DNA of 64,000 nt from Mobula hypostoma (Eukaryota). Shown here piece after piece: positions 62,918 through 64,000 of the stretch (the stretch's first letter is position 1; every line of letters starts with the position of its first letter). The notes beneath the pieces were generated by a model. The model was not told where the DNA came from. It searched no databases and saw only the letters and a program-made list of their open reading frames with translations. A program made the position numbers and the translations under genes. The stretch covers positions 192,140,001 to 192,204,000 of the forward strand of contig NC_086097.1 of NCBI RefSeq assembly GCF_963921235.1, read 5' to 3'.

Positions 62918-64000
62918 GACATAGAAACATAGAAAACCTACAACACAATACAGGCCCTTCGGCCCACAAAGTTGTGCCAAACATGTCCCTACCTTAGAAA
63001 TTACATGGCTTACCTATAGCCCTCTATTTTTCTAAGCTCCATGTACCTACCAAAAGTCTCTTAAAAGACCCCATCGTATCCACCTCCACCACCATTCCAG
63101 GCAGTCCATTCCACACATTCACCATTCTCTGAGTAAAAAACTCACCCCTGACATCTCCTCTGTACCTGCTCCCCAACAGCTTAAACCTGTGTCCTCTTGT
63201 GGCAACCATTTCAGCCCTGGGAAAAAGCCTCTGACCATCCACACGATCAATACCTTTCATCATCTTATACACCTCTATCAAGTCACCTCTTATCCTCCGT
63301 TGCTCCAAAGAGAAAAAGTCGAGTTCACTCAACCTATTCTCATAAGGCATGCCCCCCAATCGAGACAACATCCTTGTAAATCTCCTCTGCACCCTTTCTA
63401 TGGCTTCCACACCCTTCCTGTAGTGAGATGACCAGAACTGAGCACAGTACTCTAAGTAGGGTCTGACCAGGGTCCTATATAGGTGCAACACTACCTCTTG
63501 GCTCCTAAATTCAATTCCACGATTGATGAAGGCCAATACACCATACGTCTTCTTAACCACAGAGTCAACCTGCCCAGCTGCTTTGAGCGTCCTGTGGACT
63601 CGGACCCCAAGATCCCTCTGATCCTCCACACTACCGAGAGTCTTACTATTAATACTATATTCTGCCATCATATTTGACCTACCCAAAATGAACCACTTCA
63701 CACTTATCTGGGTTGAACTCCATCTGCCACTTCTCAGCCCAGTTTTGCATCCTATCAATGTTCCGCTGTAATCTCTGACAGCCTCCACACTGTCCACAAC
63801 ACCTCCAACCTTCGTGTCACCAGCAAACTTACTAACCCATCCCTTCACTTCCTCATCCAGGTAATTTATAAAAATCACGAAGAGTAAGGGTCCCAGAACA
63901 GATCCCTGAGGCATTCCACTGGAGACTGACCTCCACGCAGAATTTGACCCGTCTACAACCACGCTTTGCCTTCTGTGGGCAAGCCAGTTCTGGATCCACA
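62918..64000 (-). mobile_element. CR1 LINE RT/C-terminal region, running off the window end
   Basis: SGMPQGSVLGPLLFVIFIN..KFAGDTKVGG..LVRPYLEYCAQFWS; (ACATAGAA)n tail. Confidence 0.9.

Overview
Repeat-saturated, AT-rich vertebrate genomic DNA, most likely from a cartilaginous fish (inferred from the CR1/HER1-type LINEs, V-SINEs and Penelope-derived repeats; not proven). The only host coding sequence I can support is a terminal exon at 170-330 (+) encoding a PKA-RII-binding amphipathic helix of the AKAP7/AKAIN1 family. The rest is intergenic and layered with mobile DNA: RTE, Rex1/Babar and CR1 LINEs, an internally deleted hAT (Charlie/Buster) transposon, a Tc1 relic and SINEs. There are two retroviral elements: a decayed class III (ERV-L/S-like) provirus that still shows LTR-gag-pro-pol-env-LTR at 8.8-20.6 kb, and a deleted provirus with a tRNA-Leu primer site at 41-44 kb. 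The most interesting structure is a family of Penelope-like (GIY-YIG) insertions. Their 3' repeat carries a minimal type I hammerhead ribozyme with a palindromic stem III. They repeatedly occur as fold-backs with two outward-facing 3' ends inside a single 13-16 bp target-site duplication, and the second arm almost always stops at the same TGTGTGTTG motif. All homology calls are from motif recognition by eye; no searches were run.
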